From the NCBI GenBank assembly GCA_000320545.1, contig ADNK01000980.1, forward strand, positions 1-49,850: a stretch of 49,850 nt of DNA, written 5' to 3'. Origin of the DNA: Bigelowiella natans CCMP2755. Taxonomy: Eukaryota > Protista > Cercozoa. Positions 1 through 14,355 of the stretch are shown one piece after another (positions within the stretch are counted from its first letter, which is position 1; each line of letters opens with the position of its first letter). The notes under the pieces are model-generated. The model made no database searches, had not been told where the DNA came from, and saw nothing but the letters and a program-made list of their open reading frames with translations. The position numbers and the translations under genes were made by a program.

Positions 1-576
1 TGTAAAAATTCCCCATCCTGACATGCATTTCCTGAGCGGATTCAATAGAGTTAATATAATAGCTATCGCTGAAGCTCCTAATTATCCCCATTCTCCTCCT
101 CCTCTCGCCCCCCCCCTTCATCTCGGCCTGGTCCATCCATTTCTTCTTCAGTTTCTGATTGTTTATTGCCAAGGGAGAGGGGTTTTGCCCGCCGCCACCC
201 CCCCCCCTTTACGACGTATGCTTGGTATGTATCCTCGGGCGACATTATGAGAGCTGCTGTTCCATATCTGAAAAAGGTAGAAGAGACGTACACATACTCA
301 AACACACAACACATACTCCTGCATTACACAAAGTAAAAAGATAAATTGCCGCGAAATTAAACTTGGTGAGAGGTTGTTGCTATATAGTTACTTGCTTAGA
401 GAGGATTGAAAGAGAGAAAGAGAGAGAGAGGGAGAGAGAGAGGGAGAGAGAGAGAAGGGAGAGGTAAGTTCTTCCTTACATTGTTTCAGGTTTCATAGCC
501 GTAGCTAGAAGAAATACCGATGATGATCTTGTCTGCTCAAACAACACAGCAGCATGCGCCACAAATGGAACATCGG

Positions 577-608
<32 letters not shown>

Positions 609-1868
609 AAAACTTCTACGGTATCATTCGCACTGCTCACAGTCCCCATTTCACTACCATGGAACATAGCTACTATTTACGAATTGTTGTTGTTGTTTTT
701 GTTGTGTTGTATTGATTGTAACAAACCGCTGCTGTCGTTCTTCTTCTCTGGACTGCCTCAGGAAGAACACCATGATTATCAACTTCATATTTGATGAGAA
801 TCGATTTCTTCGGAACCACACCCTCCCCAGTCGCCCTGTCGTGGTCAGCACACACCTGCAGCATATAGCATCATCAAGATGGTTTTTATATGCTGCCGCA
901 TTATCATCTCCTAGCAGTCCTGTCATCTAATCTTAGGTCGCTGTTTTTCCAAAATTACCTGTTTGTCTTTTGGGGAGAAGATTGCGGGTCTTTGCCCAAA
1001 GAATATGCGCCCACTTCGGCGCAGTTTCTCAAATTGCCACCTGATGATAAAAACACCAGCGCTTGTTATTATAGTAGGCGGGGAAAGGGGAATGGATAGA
1101 AATGGGGGATGGAGGAGCGAGTGTATATTGTATATATAGTGCTGCAGATAAAATCCTAATGTTTTGGAGAGATGGTCAATCCTACTTAACAAACGCATCA
1201 TAAGCCTTATTCTTGCCGGTGGTGATGAATGAACGACGCCAGTCTACTGAGAGTCCCAGCCCCTGCAAATCACGGGCACCAAGCTTTGGAAATACTTCCA
1301 GCCAGTAAGAAGCGTTCGTAAACTAAGGAATAACAACATATGAAGATGCAAAAGAATGAGAATGACGAATTGTTCAAGCGCACACTGCCCCTCTGGCATT
1401 GGAGGATAAGACGCATAGTAACGTATCTGCTACCACTGCTATTACTACTGCTACTACTACTAAAGAGTATATAACATCATATAATCGGCCATACCAACAT
1501 GCACAAGGTCATTATCTGCTGCTGCTACTCCCAACATACGTTACTTTCGGAATTATTCTTTCCATTGGCGTTGATCCGGCCTCCTCCTCCTCCCTATTTC
1601 CAGCACTAGAATGATTCTTCCCCTCGAGCCCATCCACCTCATCTTTTAACAGAGTTTTTAAGATGTTCCATTGACGCTTCTGTGAAGAAGAAGAAGCCTC
1701 CTCTCCACCTGCGCCCTCACTGCTCTCAGCAGCAGCAGCAGAAGGAGGAGGAGGAAACTTTGGGGGACACCCATACTGGGAAATCTCATCGCGGAGGCGG
1801 TTAGCGGCTGCCTGAAAATAGAGGTGAAAAATGTACGTCACACAATTATTATACATATATTGATAATA

Positions 1869-1921
<53 letters not shown>

Positions 1922-2138
1922 CTGGGGGAAACGTAAGTTATTTTGTTGTCGTCACCTGAATCGGCATTCCAGTGCAGTGAAATCCGAAGGCGAAAAGCAC
2001 GTTATCCCCTGCGAGCCTCTGTCCAATATATAATTCAAAATAGAGTATGCAGAGAGAGGGGGGAGGAGGAGGGGTAGAGAGAGAAAACAAATAGAATAAT
2101 TATGCAATGTGCGAGTCTAATTTCTGCATCCGATCTTG

Positions 2139-2180
<42 letters not shown>

Positions 2181-3288
2181 GGAGAGCATAAGTACTATCA
2201 GGATAGGCTATACAATTACGGACGCGAAATCTTGCCGCAAATTCTGCCTTTGACACCGAGAAGGCATGTCTGCAAGGATGGGGAATGAGAGACGATATTA
2301 GTGGAAGGCAGGGAGAGGGGGGGATAAAATTATGGTGTTTGAAATAGCCTCTCTTATATTAGAGCATCCAATTCCCTCCTTATCGCCAACCCCCCCCACC
2401 ATCAATTATAGGTAGTTGGCTAATTATGACCCCAAATGGATCTTTCCATTCATGTAGGGATAGGGAAACGTCACGAAGTACTTTGGTTTCGGTTGACCCT
2501 AAAACATATACTTGCGGCGTTAAATCCAACAAACAACAGCAGTTCGTCGCAGAAATCCATACTATATACAGCAGCAACTATGTTAGTATTCTGTGTTACA
2601 TTTTCCCACAAAATTGTTTTTCGCCAGTAGATGCATTATTACGTTTTTGTCATATTCTGGCGATGGTTCGAAACAGTGACGATCTCGCCAATTTTTCTGC
2701 ACATTTGCTTCAATTCGGCGGAGAAAATCACGGCGCTCAAAGGTTCTCTTGGCAGTGCCACCTCCAAGCGCTGCTACTCCTCCTCTTGAATCCACATGAT
2801 GAGTCTCTGCATGGTAGTTACATGTAGTTGAATCAACATGATGAGTCTCTGCGTGGTATCTACATGTACTCTCCGTGCTGATAATTTCGAAAATACTTGT
2901 AATTTTTATACTTGAGGCGTTGACTTCTTTCCCCCCTCTCCTTTACATCTTTCTCTCTCAATTTCAATTTAACCTGCTGGGATGACTCTGTCGGATGTAA
3001 CAACAATTCCCCCTCGGAGTCGTAAGAAGGGAGTACGACGAAGGTGTGCAGCTCTATTTCGCTTGCTGCTGTCATTATTACGCAACCAAACGATTGAACT
3101 ACTTATATTCAATTCAAATTTAATTCGTTATGTAAGTACCATCGCCGCCCCCTCTTGAAGAAAGCCGAGAGACGTTGTCCCCTCTCTCGGTGGCCCTCTT
3201 TACCCAACTGCTCAAATCCCACCACCATAAGAAGCAGGCACACAGCGCTGGATCGGGCGAAACCGATAATTCCCTTCCTTATTCTCAT
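1..3288 (-). CDS. LARS: Leucyl-tRNA synthetase, eukaryotic/cytosolic type, with N-terminal signal-like leader (5' part; continues beyond window start)
   Basis: Spliced exons give KYFVTFPYPYMNGKIHLG|HAFSVSKAEFAARF (HIGH-type motif), FAFGFHCTGMPIQ, DWRRSFITT, YDAFVKWQF, CADHDRATGEGV and KPETIYG. ATG 3288 gives MRIRKGIIGFARSSAVCLLLMVVG. GT-AG introns join in frame (3139-3099; 2973-2849 or 2973-2807). Confidence 0.93.
2786..2869. repeat. 42-bp tandem duplication spanning a LeuRS splice acceptor
   Basis: ttgaatccacatgatgagtctctgcatggtagttacatgtag followed by ttgaatcaacatgatgagtctctgcgtggtatctacatgtac. Confidence 0.9.
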
Positions 3289-3723
3289 GTTTCCTCCTGG
3301 GTGCCCCTTCCTCTTCTACATGTTTCGGGACCTTCGACCCGTTGGGGAGGGGACGTCAAGGCGCCGACTAATTAACCACTCCAAACTTGACCGAAAATGA
3401 GAATTCTCAAATTTGAAATTTTAAACGCATGAGCGCAGTCGTTCTCACAGAGAAAATAAAAATGCGGAAACAATGTAAAAAGGATAAAATTTCGGAGGGA
3501 CAGTGTTTCGGCCGAAATATTAATTCATAAATTGGTAACGGTAATATGACATCTTGGTCGGAGAGGAAGAATGGAACTTGTTGGTGAGATTTTCTTATAA
3601 TTCATTTTATTTGTATGTCGCAAGATGAGAACCTCCTTCACAATGTTTTTTCTTAGCGGAATTCGTACACTTTCACATCTTAATTGGATACAACACGAAA
3701 GGACCACCCCAGTTTAACAGACC

Positions 3724-6343
3724 ATGAGTCTGAGACGCCGCACCCTTGGTGTAATAAATCACAATGAACGTGTCTCTGAGGATGGGAATACCAACAAACG
3801 CCGCTTTAGCATGGCACCTAATCGGTGAAAAGAAAATAATAGATTCCTAGCATATTGAATAAATGGAAAATAGTACAGATATGTGAGTTAAAATTTTCAG
3901 AGGAAATCGGAATTATGTGGGGGGGATAACAAATCAAAATATAAATGCCGGATATACATGTATAAAGATATACACATACTGAAAATCAAACGTAAATTAT
4001 TAGACGTCTTGACGAAAGGAAGGTCGGAAGAGGGGCCAGATTCAGTGTTGGTAGGCCTTCGATTGGATTCATGAAAGGACGGAAGTCTTTTGGAAGACTT
4101 TCTATTGCACCTAACGGAAGACCCAGCATCGGTCGTAGATCTAGGTAATCATAATTTCTATGTGGTGATGGTGTTTCTACAAATAATTTTTTTTTCCCGC
4201 AGCATGTACAATCGATCCGGCAAAATCACAGATCCACGGCCTCTCAGCGATCGAAAATACATAAATAAGAACACACGCATCCTTGTTGAGTATTTGACCA
4301 GTCATGGCTACGACAAGCAGATTACTCCTAAACAGGTAGGATGGGGCCATGAAAACAATATGCGATAACTTTTCTATGTTCTTATTCAATCTCGACCACT
4401 TATTAGGTTACTGCGCCCTCTCTCAAAGACTTCAAAAATATCGTTGGGTTCTTGTTCAAGCAAATGGATCCTGAATTTGAGTTTTCACAAAACCTCGATG
4501 ATGTAAGAATATGGGATGCTAACTGATAAGAATCGCATGATTAAATTGGTGAATGCTTTGTTCCTCATACAGATTCGCGACATCCTTAAAATTATTGGAT
4601 ATCCTTTCAACATAAGCAAAAGCTCTCTTTCTGCAGTTGGATCTCCTCATACTTGGCCTCCTATATTGGCAATGCTTGTTTGGGTGATCGAGTTACTCTC
4701 TTATCTCGAAAAACTTGATGCCGAGGAGGTATTTTTTGTTTGTCTATCTGTTTGTTTTTCTCTCTAAGATCATGATTTATTAGGAGAACCAAGTTGCAAA
4801 CGACGATGGCAAAATTTTTTTCGAGTTCTTAGCTAGTGCGTACAGGAACTTTTTGGATGAAAAGGACCATTCTGCTGAAGATTTGGAAGAGGGATTCAGA
4901 GAGGCAAACGAACAGAGGTGTGCTGTTGTTAAGGATGAAATCAAAAGGTAAAACATTACTTCCATTATATATTTATTGCTAAAGATTTTCTTTATAGATT
5001 TGAAGATGAAAACGATGAGCTTTCGAAGGAGCTTCAGGAATTGTCTTCAACTACAAATACGGTGGAGCATCTCCAGAAAAAACTATCTGACCATGTGTCG
5101 GATTTGGCTAAATTTGAGAAGTTGAATCAAAAACTCGAAAAGCATTTAGAGGTTTTAATGCAAAAGGAGGAAGCTGCAAAATCAACTTTGAAGGAGCTAG
5201 AGGTAGTTGATATTTCTTTTTCAGACAATACATATCCTTGACAAAAATATGCTCAGGGCGAAAAGGAGCAGTACGTTGAGAATCAAAAAAATTTGAAGGT
5301 CGCAGTTGAGGAGCAGCCTCTTAGTAGGAAGGAAGTCCAGATGATCACTCAGGAAACAAAGATGAAGAAGGATTCAATCGAATCGCTCCTACAACAGAAG
5401 GAGGAACTGAAAAGGCAAGTGTGGGATTCCGAGATGCTTCAATGTAAAGAGATTGGCAACGTAGAGGAATTTGTAAACGAGTACAACAACCTTGTTTACG
5501 AACTTGGACTCAAAAACGCAAGCCAAGCAACAAAGAACATAGATTACCAAATTAAATTCGACTCTGCGGTAATGATGACTCTTTATTTGCTACGTTTCAA
5601 ACTGAATTGTGCTGTTACAGGGGAATGATATTAAAGAGATGGTATCAAAAGACCTTACCCACGTCATAAAGAAAAGTTTAAGTCACCTTGAGACACGGGC
5701 CAAGAGCGAACTTCGAGGTTTGGAAAGCGAGCTACGTGATGTTAAGCAAGAAACTATTCGGACAACAGATCTAAGATCTGAAGCTGAAGCCAGTCTGAAC
5801 CAACATGAGCAACGGCTCGAGAAAATTCATGAAGCTTACAGGTATTGTAATTTTAATATCGAAATTCTTGCAACTAAGATACTTCGGTGTATATTTCTTT
5901 TAGAACTGAACGAAAGGATATGAACAAGCAGTGCTCAGAGAGTATAAGTGCCATCGAAGAAACTGAACTGCACATCCATCGAACAAGGACAGCACGAGCA
6001 ACTGAATTGAGAGTATCTGAGCAAAAAATTCAAGAAATTGAGGAGCAATTAAAAGTCGTCCTTAGTGAACAGGTTACAAGAATTTCTGCCCATATTGTTC
6101 CAGAGATTTTAACGTTTTTTTCAATCAGGAGGATATTGAGCAGAAAACGAAAGACAGCATTCTTTCAAGTGTCGAAGGACTGGTCCGGCACAAAGATTGG
6201 ATTGTGCAAACCTTGACAACACTATCAGATAAGGTCATAGGATACTGTTTTCGCTCATATTCTTTACATTTCTTCATCATAACATTTCTCCACAGGCAAC
6301 GCAAGGCCGAGAAGGCATTGAAAGTATGTGCTCTGGAAAGTAA
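3724..6343 (+). CDS. NDC80: Kinetochore protein Ndc80/HEC1 (multi-exon)
   Basis: Basic N-tail with repeated RxS motifs ([22 protein letters not shown]), [39 protein letters not shown] (HEC1 CH domain), then a long coiled coil; TAA at 6341-6343. Confidence 0.92.
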
Positions 6344-6479
6344 ATTGAACAATTTCGTTGTCAACTGTTGGACATATCCGAGCGTGGCTAGATTCAGAAC
6401 AAAAGAAACTTGACGGCCATTTTGTATAATAAATTCATGGAATAACATCCTTCTCTGTACGTTAGCGCCGTTTCGCCGT

Positions 6480-7970
6480 ATGTATGTGGTGTATCATCTA
6501 TGCATGCACTTGAGGTAGTTTTTAGCTAATTCACATCAACGCGACCGTCTATCTGCCATTTTCCCTGATCCGATCTATGCTATCTAGCTGTGTGACATGT
6601 GCTGCGAACACTAGAGCAATTGTATAGCGAGTAGTCGGTGCAGCGTATCGTAGCGAGATACGACACGAATGCGTGTCGAGCCATACATGCACGTTGCCAT
6701 TCTCTAGATTCTATCTCCCAGGTAGCACATCATTATGCATTCTAGTAGCATTGTACATATGATGCTACTAGCTAGCTAGGCTAGCATGTCTAGATGATGT
6801 GCACATTGCATTCTAGCATTCTAGCATTCTAGCATTGCAACATCTCTGCTAGATCTAGCAGACATGCTAGCATGCTGGCATGTCTCCTTCGCAATGCTGG
6901 CATGTCTCCTTCTTGCTTTTATTTCACAAATGATCTAGACATCTCTACCATCTAGATCTAGCTAGAAATGTGCGCGTCATCGCCAATGACGCATGCCAGT
7001 ATGTGATGCTGCTAGAAATGTGCACGCAATCTAGCAACATGCGCAATGTAGCAAGCTAGCTACAGCTAGCTAGCTAGATGGCCATAGCTAGCCCTAGCTA
7101 GCTAACTAACTAGAGCCGCACATTTAGACACACAGCTAGATCTAGCGCAGAGATGCGATGGCTAGCTAGCAGATTTAGATGGCTAGCTAGATGGGCTTCA
7201 ATGCTAGGATGCGACACTTCACTAGCTAGCTAGCCACTAGCTCTAGAACAGAACTAGCTAGGCTAGACTAGCGATGCACTAGGATGCTATAGGATACGTT
7301 GCGTAATTGTCTGATGTGTACTGTGCTACTACAAGCGGACGGCTACATTCGTCACTACTAGCTAGCTGCTAGCTAGACTAGTTCGTTCACATCCTCTAGC
7401 TAGCTCACAGCTAGTCCTGCGCTTCCTCAATGACGTCGAGCACAGAGCATCTCTACTCTACCGCCTAGCTAGTACTAGATCTGCTTGGCTAGCTTCAACC
7501 AGTCTGTATAGCAGACATCAACACTTGACTCGTTGGCTTTCTGCTCTAGTGCTCGCTAGTGCTGTCTAGCTGTAGATAGATATGTAAAAATATACTACCA
7601 TGCACAAATATACTACGGTGTTGTATTAAGTTCACATGTATTCCAGCAGGATAACTTCTAGCTGGGTCCGATATAATCGATCAGCCTCAGACAAGCGCGT
7701 GTACATTCAGATGGGACTGCTAGACTGCACTAGTGCATGCTAGCATGCTTCATAGCCGTTGCACGGTTATTTTAATCATTGATGGTGACGTAGTTCGAGC
7801 CATTTAGCACACGATTCCCCACAGCAGGGGCCATCATTGAGCCAGCAATAGCTCACATGTCCATTTCACGGAGAAAAGCATTGAGACTCAAGGCTGGTCT
7901 TTCTGTTGCATGCTTTGAATGCTGTGATGATCCGAGAACCGAGCTAGTTAAAGAATTAAAATTTTTAATC
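6480..7970. other. CTAG/CATG-rich intergenic spacer 1 (between convergent NDC80 and RPS28)
   Basis: Dense ctag, gctagc, catg, tgca; no long ORF; borders approximate. Confidence 0.8.
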
Positions 7971-7984
7971 TAGACGAATACTAA

Positions 7985-8402
7985 TTAGCGAAGACGACGT
8001 GCTTCACGCTCTGTTTCCAGCAATATGAGACTATCTCCAACGCGTACAGGGCCTTTAACATTACGAATGATGGATCTTCCCTTCTTGTCCTGGATTGTGA
8101 CACGAACTTGTGTGACACCACCTCTGGAACCAGTCCTACCAAGCACTTCCTCGACGCGAGCACGGGTTCCCGTCTCTTTGTCGTCGGAAATATCCATTTC
8201 TTTCACATCTCCACCTTTCTGCATAAAATGTAAAAAAATAATTTCAGCTGTAACCCACGAATTTGCACGAAATCAAGTATGCTTTCACCATTGACATACA
8301 AAATGAAATTGATCTCAATAGGATTTATAGGTATAAGAGACAGAGGAGAGAAACGGAGAAGCAAAAGAGAATCCGATGGGAGGGGGGGAGAACCTTCGAC
8401 AT
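7985..8402 (-). CDS. RPS28: 40S ribosomal protein S28 (eS28)
   Basis: [16 protein letters not shown]...[28 protein letters not shown]; exon 1 ATG TCG AAG (8402-8394), intron, exon 2 8218-7985. Confidence 0.97.
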
Positions 8403-8672
8403 GGTTGCGCACTGTTTCGGGAAATTGTAGTAAAAGCCCCGAATGCCGGTGATAGCGGTCACTATCGGATGCTGCTAGAATTTAACATGAGTTTAACCTT
8501 GAGGCAGTTTTCAATACTGCGACAAGGAATACATTAGCGATATGAGGATTGCGACAATGGATTATCAGACCATTCTGAGACGTCCTGGCCCCCTTGGGAT
8601 GATGAGCAGGTGGTATCTGTGGATTCAACCTCTGTGCCCTATTTCTGACTCCGTGTATTCTACAGCACAACT

Positions 8673-9240
8673 ATGGAGAAAGAATTCAATATTCTGTGGG
8701 AAGGCGGGGACATCTTAACCTCCGCACGTAAGCGGTACGAACCCAGAAAACTCAACCTCATGCCTTCGTTATGACCACTTTAATGTTTAATAATGATGAC
8801 CGCTTCTATATAAGGGTCGAGAGATCATTGAAGGACAACGAAGCAAGTTTGGACAAGTCTGGAGTTCGTTCTATTTACTGGAGGGTACTACTTTATGTCG
8901 TGCTGTACCCAGCTCAACTTGCGCGCGCTGATATTTACTCATCATAACAGGTGTTTCTGGGGGTTCTTGATCAGAAAAGTAGAGACAATTGGAACAGGCA
9001 ACTCGAATCCGATGTAAGATCGCTCTATACACTTATTCGAATTTTTGTAAACAATCTGAGCATCAGCACTGAACAAGTAAGCATTTGCCTGGGGTATGAT
9101 GATGATGATGTGTAAACATACGTTGCAGAGAAAGAGATACGAAAAGTTTCGCGTGAAATTCACAACAAATCCGACGGTAAAGCTAAAAAATCGTATTACA
9201 ATTCTAGTGATGTTTTGGAAACGCAAGATGCCTATGCATG

Positions 9241-9277
<37 letters not shown>

Positions 9278-10423
9278 CAACGCTTATTGAATGTGTAAAC
9301 GAATTCGTGCTACATTTTGGCATAAAAACATTTATAATACTACTTTAGGAGAAGGCGGACGTCGACTTGTCTCTAAATAACCCCTTGAGTCTTGCAAATG
9401 ATAGCCCGTGGCAAGAATATTACGAGGTAAGAAATAGTAATCAAAGCTGTGAGGGCTTGGTGTTGTTGTTCCATCGTTTTCCTGCCTTGATTGCATCCTC
9501 CATATGCTTTCGCAAATTCGACCTATTTTAATTTTCATGTGAATTTATACCATTTTTGTGTGTTTTTGGTGATTTGCTGTGGAAAAGAACGTAGAGCTCT
9601 GCAAAACAATAGAGCTTGACCTCAATAGGACACATCCTGGCAATGCTTTCTTCCAGGTGAGGGAGAGGGAGAGGACAACGTGCAGATTAAATAAGATTTG
9701 TGAATATTTACCAATGTTACTTTGCTCGTTGTGTCTTTGAGGAAATGCCGCAGCAACAGTGTCACTCCGTTGTGCCATATCTATCAGAATTGCTTTGAGT
9801 TGTAAAATAATGATGACCCCCCCACATATAGATTATATTTAACGTAAAGTCATCTTTCTTCTTCTTCTTCTTCTTCTTCTTCTTCTTCTTCATCTTTCCA
9901 TTAACACTTCCTCCTTTTCTCAGGATAAGATTAATCAGAAACGCATGCTAAATATATTATTTGTTTGGGCCAAACTCAATCCAGAGTAAGTATAACGTTT
10001 GGTTGCAAAAATAAAGAATCTGTAACTCCGAAAATAAAAATTACTATTGCCTACGGCATAGCAATTTGCTATATTTTAGAAATATCTCACCGGTTTTGCA
10101 GCATTCTGTATTGAGAATTTATCGGTGCTTTCAGAGCATTTATTCTTGCGAAATCGTACTTTTTTCATGGAAACTATCCTCCACAACTGAAAGCAACATC
10201 CACCTAAAGCGCAACGACATCAAATGGCAACAACGAGAGAACAACACCTCTTTTCTTGGAACAGAATCATCTTAGTAAGCAGGATCAGCACTGTTTAAGT
10301 ATGTAATTGTTTCTTCTTCTCTTTGTTCTAATATCGTTGATGCAGATATTCATATCGTCAAGGGATGAATGAGTTGCTCTCCCCTCTGCTTCTCACTGTT
10401 GCAAAAGATGCCGAAAAGTACGG

Positions 10424-10490
<67 letters not shown>

Positions 10491-11543
10491 CACACACATG
10501 AAGGATATGGGACACTGGGGAGGGTGTATTTTCACACATTCTGCAAACGCAAATCTTAATCTGCTACTAACAACTTGCAGGCGTCCAAACCAATTACCTG
10601 GCGGTAGTAGCGGTGCTATGATCAAAAGCCTTCTTGAAGAGTAATAACTGAGTGCATGCAATTCGTATTAGTATTGGTAGTAGTAGTAGTAGCAGAAGAA
10701 GCAGTAACACCCTCGACTTGACTCGACAAGTCGTGCATTTTTAGAGCTGCTCGGAATTTCTTAGATACATGCATGCAAGCACCACTCGTCCTCTCCTTTA
10801 GTCTCATCTAAATCCCCATTTCTTCTTCCTTTTCAAACCATACTGTTAGTGTAGTAGTTGTGGTAGCAGCTGCAGCAATATGGGGTGGTGATGCGGATTG
10901 TAATTGAGAAATAGTTAGATGATCATTCTCCGCCTAATGATAATGGAATGGCGATTCAGTCTAACATTTCCTGGATTTTTCGCAGTATTCTGCCTTCTGT
11001 GTTAATTGTAATCAAATAGCTACTAGAATGGATGTGTACCAGTACGATTGTTTACTTCCGCCTATCTGCATCATCATCTGCATCATCTACATCAATCATC
11101 ATCATCATCAGGATGTACATCGAGCACGATTGCTACGCTCTTTTTGACCGCCTGATGGCCTACATGAAATCGTAATCACTTAGCGACCCCCCCCCCCCCC
11201 CCCCTTCTTTGTGTTTTTCCCAAACCTTATATTCTTCTGTTTAGTGTGGATAAGGAAAGATGTGTTTCAATTGTTACCACGCCATACTCTTTTTAGGTAT
11301 TTTGCCGTTGCAAAGCCTCCAGCTCGTGGCGGAGGAAGAATGCGTAAGAAGAAGAACAAAACACTTTTTTAATCAACATCATAAAAGCAGGAACGACATT
11401 GTGAAAAAGGGGGGGAGGGTTGAAGCAGAACTAATCAACGATATTTCCGCCATAATCCCGATCGATTCTTGCTTCGGAACAAGAATCGATGATTTGGTTT
11501 GCAATACCACAAAGAATGAGTGTCCAAATGCTCAGTATGATAT

Positions 11544-11587
<44 letters not shown>

Positions 11588-12813
11588 CACACAAATGTGT
11601 GTGTGCGTGCGTGTAGTGACGCATTGGCTGCAGAGCAGATATAATCAGTAATGAATACTTGTTTACTACAGACAAAGGCAGCATACCTGAAACACCAATT
11701 GTCGTTCGGTGTCAGAATCTGCAAGAGGTGCACAATTACTTACTCAGTAGTAGAAAAACACATTTAAAGGAAAAAAAAATGATAAAAATGATAATACGAC
11801 AAGGGCAACGACGACAACACATCATGTTGAATTCAATTGAACAACGTATGCATTTGTTTTTGTGGACTACTTCTCCTCCTCCTCCTCCTCCTCCTCCTCC
11901 TCCTCCTTTTCTAGAAACTTCTGAAGTCGATAGATAGGGTGTTGTATAGGCATTTGGAGAATGAAGAGGTATCCACCCCACACTCTAGAAACGACAACAT
12001 GTCAAAGCAGCAGATAAAGAGCAATCTTGGAGAAAAGCTTTCATCATTATTGCAAACATACCTTCTTTTTGAGCTGCCTACGACAACTCAGTTTCAATTG
12101 GTGTTTTCGGTACTCTGCCGTCGATGCAACATTTAGTTCCAAAAAAAGTGTCTACTTTTTATAAACGGCCCTCCCTCGTGGATTTTCAATAAATATATTA
12201 CCAAATTATTCGATGACTGGACGATGATTTCACCATCGTTTGAGTCATATCATCGTTGCTTTCATGGTACATATGTGCTCCCCCCCCCCCATTCCCCTCC
12301 CTACCATTTTCCTCGTAAGGTGCAACCAACGCTCTACTTGCTACGATGGGTGTGTACATTTGGTCCTAGTAGAAAGAAATGAGATGTGATACTTCCGATT
12401 ATATTGTTTTTATTGATACAGCAATATTGTGTGTTGTTGGAGAGGTGGTGGTGTTGCAATATGAAGATGACTTCAATAAATAACACATGATCTCGTGAAA
12501 CGTTAATAGCAAAACCCAACACACAATTTTCGTGCTCAAAACGGTGCCGCGGGACAGAAATCATCGGTCAATTCTCCATCATTAAAATCTTTATCATCGT
12601 GCCATTATTTCAGGTTCGGCTATTGTTTGCTCGAGAGTTTCATATACGAGATGTCATGCTTATATGGGATGTAATACTGGGCAATGCAGTCTTTGTACGT
12701 AACTACTCGAATACATCAGATACGCATACGAATAAATTAGAAGAGAAGAAGAAGAATAAGGAGGAGGAGGGGGAGAGCGCATACTTACATTTCCTCTGCA
12801 CACTTCTTATTTT

Positions 12814-12850
<37 letters not shown>

Positions 12851-13045
12851 GTGTGATATATAAATCTATGTTGCAAGATGATAATACGCTGGAAATGTGA
12901 TTTTGTAGTAGAAGTGGTAGAAGTAGTAGTAGTAGTAGTAGCAGTAGTATTAGTAGTGATCAGATCACTAGCAAGAAAGTAGAAACAACGAGCTGCTATT
13001 CAATTTTCATAGTTTCTCATGTGTGTTTTCATGTCCTCTTATTCC

Positions 13046-13079
<34 letters not shown>

Positions 13080-13516
13080 CTAACGCTCCTCAGAAACAAG
13101 ACAAAATGGAGCTTCCGTTAATAGACTACATGTGTGCAGCTATGTGTCAATATGTACGTCGCCCTTTCCCCCTCTAACGCACACAAACGCATGCATTTCT
13201 CATCATCATCATCATTATCATCATCATCATTATCATCCCACAATACACCGGTTTTGTCTATAATATAATGAAGGTGCGGAAAGACCTTCTCGAGGGAGAT
13301 AATTCCATGTGCCTCCGAAGACTTCTCTCGTCAGAACACGACAAATATATAATGATAGCGACAATTGAATCTAATTCACGAATGAATGCAGGACACCATT
13401 CCATCAGAGCAAGGACGACAATGCCGTCTTTTGTTACCCGCATTTTTTTTTTGAAATGATTGCGGATGTTGTTGTTGTTGTTGTTGTTGTTGTTGTGCAA
13501 TGCTTCTCATCATCAC

Positions 13517-13548
<32 letters not shown>

Positions 13549-14316
13549 CTGTCATCATCCTCCTCCTCACCATTCTTTTTAATTTTTAAAGATTTCCACC
13601 AGTTGGAGATATGCCCAGCCTTCTGCTCCGCGCGTTGAAGTTACAAAGAGGTGGGGGCTCCTCGTCTTTCCCGAAACCAAAGCCCCCCCCCCCCTCCTAC
13701 TCAAATCCAGCGGCCACTTTATTGCGAAGGAAGAAGCAACAACAGCGAGGGGGAACATCCAGCTCTCCCAAGTAATTTTTAGCAAAGAAGATAGCAAGCC
13801 AAAAGCAGCAATTCAGCAATCGGCACCTGTTTGCGTCCATGCAAAGAATATGCTGAGAAATGCCAACAGCTACTACCACAGCGGCTACTGTTAGTCATTA
13901 GCCCTCTTTCTTCTCTTATGCGTTTGTATTAATATGATGCTGTTACTCTTCCTCCTCCTCCTATCTAGGAAGCAGCAGCAGCAGCAGCAGTAGCAGCAAT
14001 ATCACCAATGCGATTTTCAGCAATCTGAAGAACCATGCCGCGACACTAGGGGCAGGACTTGGAGCTGGGTTGCAAGGAGCGTACAATCACACTACATCCT
14101 CCTCCTCATCGTCATCATCGTCAACAACAGAAGTCAGAAACCTGAGAAAGAAAGTCAAAATGCTCGAAAATGAGCTGAAACAGGTTGATTCTTGAGTATG
14201 AACGTGTGTGTGTGTGTGTGTGTGTGTGAGTGTGTTTGTATGTGAGAAAGAGGGGGAGGATGAAATATTAAAGTTGCGATTCTAGTTACAGTGGTTGTGA
14301 TTATATGAATCATATC

Positions 14317-14355
<39 letters not shown>

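Noticed and set aside
1205-1220. Apparent GC-AG intron donor (G|gcaag) in LeuRS
   Set aside because: The frame continues as TTGKNKAYDAFVK to a normal GT donor
2860-3075. ORF MTAASEIELH... as the LeuRS start
   Set aside because: That frame does not splice cleanly into the catalytic exons; the LRLRGG frame does
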